A stretch of 63,444 bases of DNA, counting the filler, from Octopus bimaculoides (Eukaryota), in the NCBI RefSeq assembly GCF_001194135.2. It is 10 parts of 9 records of this genome, joined end to end, with 100 filler letters (N's around TTAATTAATTAA, not from the genome) between each part and the next. Parts side by side here need not be neighbours in the genome. Positions count along the whole stretch, not along the records: positions 59,535 to 62,263 come from NC_068985.1; positions 62,364 to 63,444 come from NC_068989.1; 8 more parts are not named here. One strand, given 5' to 3'. Position numbers and translations under genes: made by a program. The notes under the pieces are model-generated. The model was given only the letters and a program-made list of their open reading frames with translations. It searched no databases and was not told the origin of the DNA. Shown in pieces: positions 60,751 to 63,444 of this stretch. Each line of letters opens with the position of its first letter. Position 1 is the stretch's first letter.

Positions 60751-61407
60751 ATTATTATTGTTGTTGTTGTTGTTGTTGTTCATCATCATTCAAGTCATGT
60801 ATTCACTTGAAGTTCTCCCTGTATATGTGGTTGCTTATGCATAGGTGCGTATGTTCACTGCATATGTGTATGTGTGTGCGTGTGTGTGGGCGCGCGCATG
60901 TTTGTGTGTGTTTCAGTTCGTGCGTCTGTATGTTTCCGTGTGCTTGTTTATAATCAATACAAGTTGTCATGTTCTTCTTTTCTGCAGAGGCTAACAGTAG
61001 GATACCAATGCAGCTGAGATTGAAAGCGTCACTGAGACGATATATTAACGTTTATTTATGGACATAAATACATTTATCTAAGTATATGTCTCTTGTTCCG
61101 TTTATGTATTTTTCAATTCAATACTAAAACTCTCTTACGTCAACACATAATGTTGTCTAGATATCAGTAACGATCGGTGTAGATAATATTACTACTATAA
61201 AAAGTAAAACAAACATAAAAGCTGGATAGCAACACCATCATTACTAATACTTCTGTTAAACAACAACAGCCTCAATAATAATAATAATGGTATATGAGGT
61301 TAAGAAAAAGAGAACAAGAAAGTAAAAAAGAAACAAACATTACTTTACACATAAAGCTTGGCAAGAATTTATATATAATATTTATACATATTATATATAT
61401 ATATATA

Positions 61408-61492
<85 letters not shown>

Positions 61493-61704
61493 ATATGTAT
61501 ATATATATTCTCTCATACATGTATATAAATATACGTACACACACACGCACCTGTATATAGTGAGAGAGAGAGAGAGAGAAAAGGAGATGTGTATGTATCA
61601 AGTATGTGTATCCCTATATATGTTTATGTGTACATACATATATGAATATATATATATATTTACACATGTACACACGCGCATACATTCATACATATACATA
61701 ATTC

Positions 61705-61745
<41 letters not shown>

Positions 61746-62375
61746 TATGTATATATACATACATACGTACATACATATATACATACGTACATACATACAT
61801 ACATGCATACATACATACATACATACGTACGTACTCAGAAACGACGTCTCACATCCTTTTATCTATGTTTGAGTGATTCTAGTTCCTACGGTGCTCTATC
61901 CTATACGTTTCAAAAGAAAGTTAGAATGTTGTCAAAGAAGGCGCCAATGTTTCTCATCTCATATGTCACCCTGAAGAAATAGATGCAGGTATCGAAATAG
62001 ACTTGGTAAACATTGCTTTATCAAATCCAATTTATATTCAACTGATTTTCATAAATAGTAATGAGCAAAAAGATCTGAAAATGTTCCTATCATTGTTGAG
62101 GTATGAGTTCGTGTTTTTCTTTTTGTTTTTGTTTTTTTCAAATTTCACCATACCTATTTCCATATATTTTTCTTGATTTTTTTTTCTCCGTGTCACACAT
62201 TTCTTCTCTCTCCTCTCTCGTTCTCCGCTTCTCTCTCGAAGCATATATATATATATAAATATANNNNNNNNNNNNNNNNNNNNNNNNNNNNNNNNNNNNN
62301 NNNNNNNTTAATTAATTAANNNNNNNNNNNNNNNNNNNNNNNNNNNNNNNNNNNNNNNNNNNNTATTATGTACAA

Positions 62376-62729
62376 AGCGGCGAGCTGGCAGAAAGCGGCG
62401 AAAAGCTTAACGGTACTTCGTCTGTCTTTACGTTCTGAGTTCAAATTCCGCCGAGGTCGACTTTGCCTTTCATCCTTTCGGGGTCGATAAATTAAGTACC
62501 AGTTACGCACTGGGGTCGATGTAATCGACTTAATCCGTTCGTCTGTTCTTGTTTGTTCCCTCTATGTTTAGCCCCTTGTGGGCAATAGCGAAATAGGTAT
62601 TTCGTTTGCCGTTACGTTCTGAGTTCAAATTCCACCGAGGTCGACTTTGCCTTTCATTCTTTCGGGGTCGATTTAATAAGTACCAGTTACGCACCCTCTA
62701 TGTTCAGCCTCCTTGTGGGCAATAAAGAA
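62376..62729 (+). mobile_element. SINE family A, dimeric
   Basis: Core present twice, at about 62420-62590 and 62595-62725. Confidence 0.88.
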
Positions 62730-62851
62730 TTATACATGCATATATATTTACTCACGTATCTAAATATCTATATCTATATCTGTATATCTATCTACATACA
62801 CACACATATATATATATGTGTGTATATGTATGCGTGCCTTTATAAATATTA

Positions 62852-62915
<64 letters not shown>

Positions 62916-63444
62916 GTATGTATGTAAAATGTATGTGTGTGTGTGTGTGTGTGTGTCTGTGTGTGTGAGTGTGTGTGTGTGTGTGTATGTTATGCATAAA
63001 TGTACCACACAAGCAATGAAGAAGACAAAAATATGATTACCCCCATGTAGCTAATATCTCTTGTAAGACTCCTATTTCACTACGATGAAGTAGGTGAAAG
63101 ATAAAGCCGTAGATGACGCCACGAAAAGATGGCGTCTTTCGAAGTCTCGTCTATGTTTGTCTTCAATGAAATTCTCTTTTACTAAGTGAGATATCATATG
63201 GGAAGTGTTCTTGTAGCCGTCTTTGGGCTCATTTACTTTACTTGCTAGGGAGCTTGATTGCAAAACTATAACCTTGTACTTTGTTGTTTGGCTTTGCTAA
63301 TGACTGAGACTCTCCCCCACCCCGCCGCTATTCGTGTCACTGCAATTATACGTGTTTGTATGTATGTACGTAAGTATGTATGTATGTATGCATTGATGCG
63401 TGTACTTATATATATATATGTGCGTGTGTGTATGTGTGCATAAT

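Noticed and set aside
61927-61990. [21 protein letters not shown] resembling an Ig-domain start, with a good donor
   Set aside because: The acceptor is purine-rich, there is an in-frame stop immediately upstream, and no rest of the domain is present.
63072-63263. 63-aa minus-strand ORF and a small GACGCCA/TGGCGTC hairpin with AAGATGGCG
   Set aside because: No homology; a 7-bp stem and a single motif are expected by chance.

Overview
Repeat-dominated, AT-rich eukaryotic scaffold segment. The SINE/LINE families and the very dense (TA)n, (CA)n, (CATA)n and (TAA)n microsatellites suggest an octopod cephalopod (inference from recalled repeat families, not a database hit). A substantial fraction is N, and nine gaps are artificial 100-bp spacers (44 N + TTAATTAATTAA + 44 N), so contig order across them is unproven. 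No complete protein-coding gene can be supported; nearly all long ORFs in the track come from simple repeats or N runs. Supported content: (1) a ~6.6 kb CpG-dense TTCG/ACGT/CGAA satellite with internal inversions and higher-order duplications; (2) non-LTR retrotransposon relics of four kinds (Tx1/L1-like, CRE-like, R4/Dong-like at (TAA)n, and an RTE carrying a PHD finger inside its RT); (3) at least three tRNA-derived SINE families, two copies with perfect TSDs; (4) a mariner relic and hAT MITEs; (5) a 218-bp/47-bp nested satellite; (6) several long inverted repeats. The best find is a divergent inverted pair of type I hammerhead ribozyme motifs of the Penelope-like-element type at 48811-49006; the minus-strand copy has an intact catalytic core. 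Several weak candidate exons and an E2F/NF-Y promoter-like cluster are flagged for follow-up.
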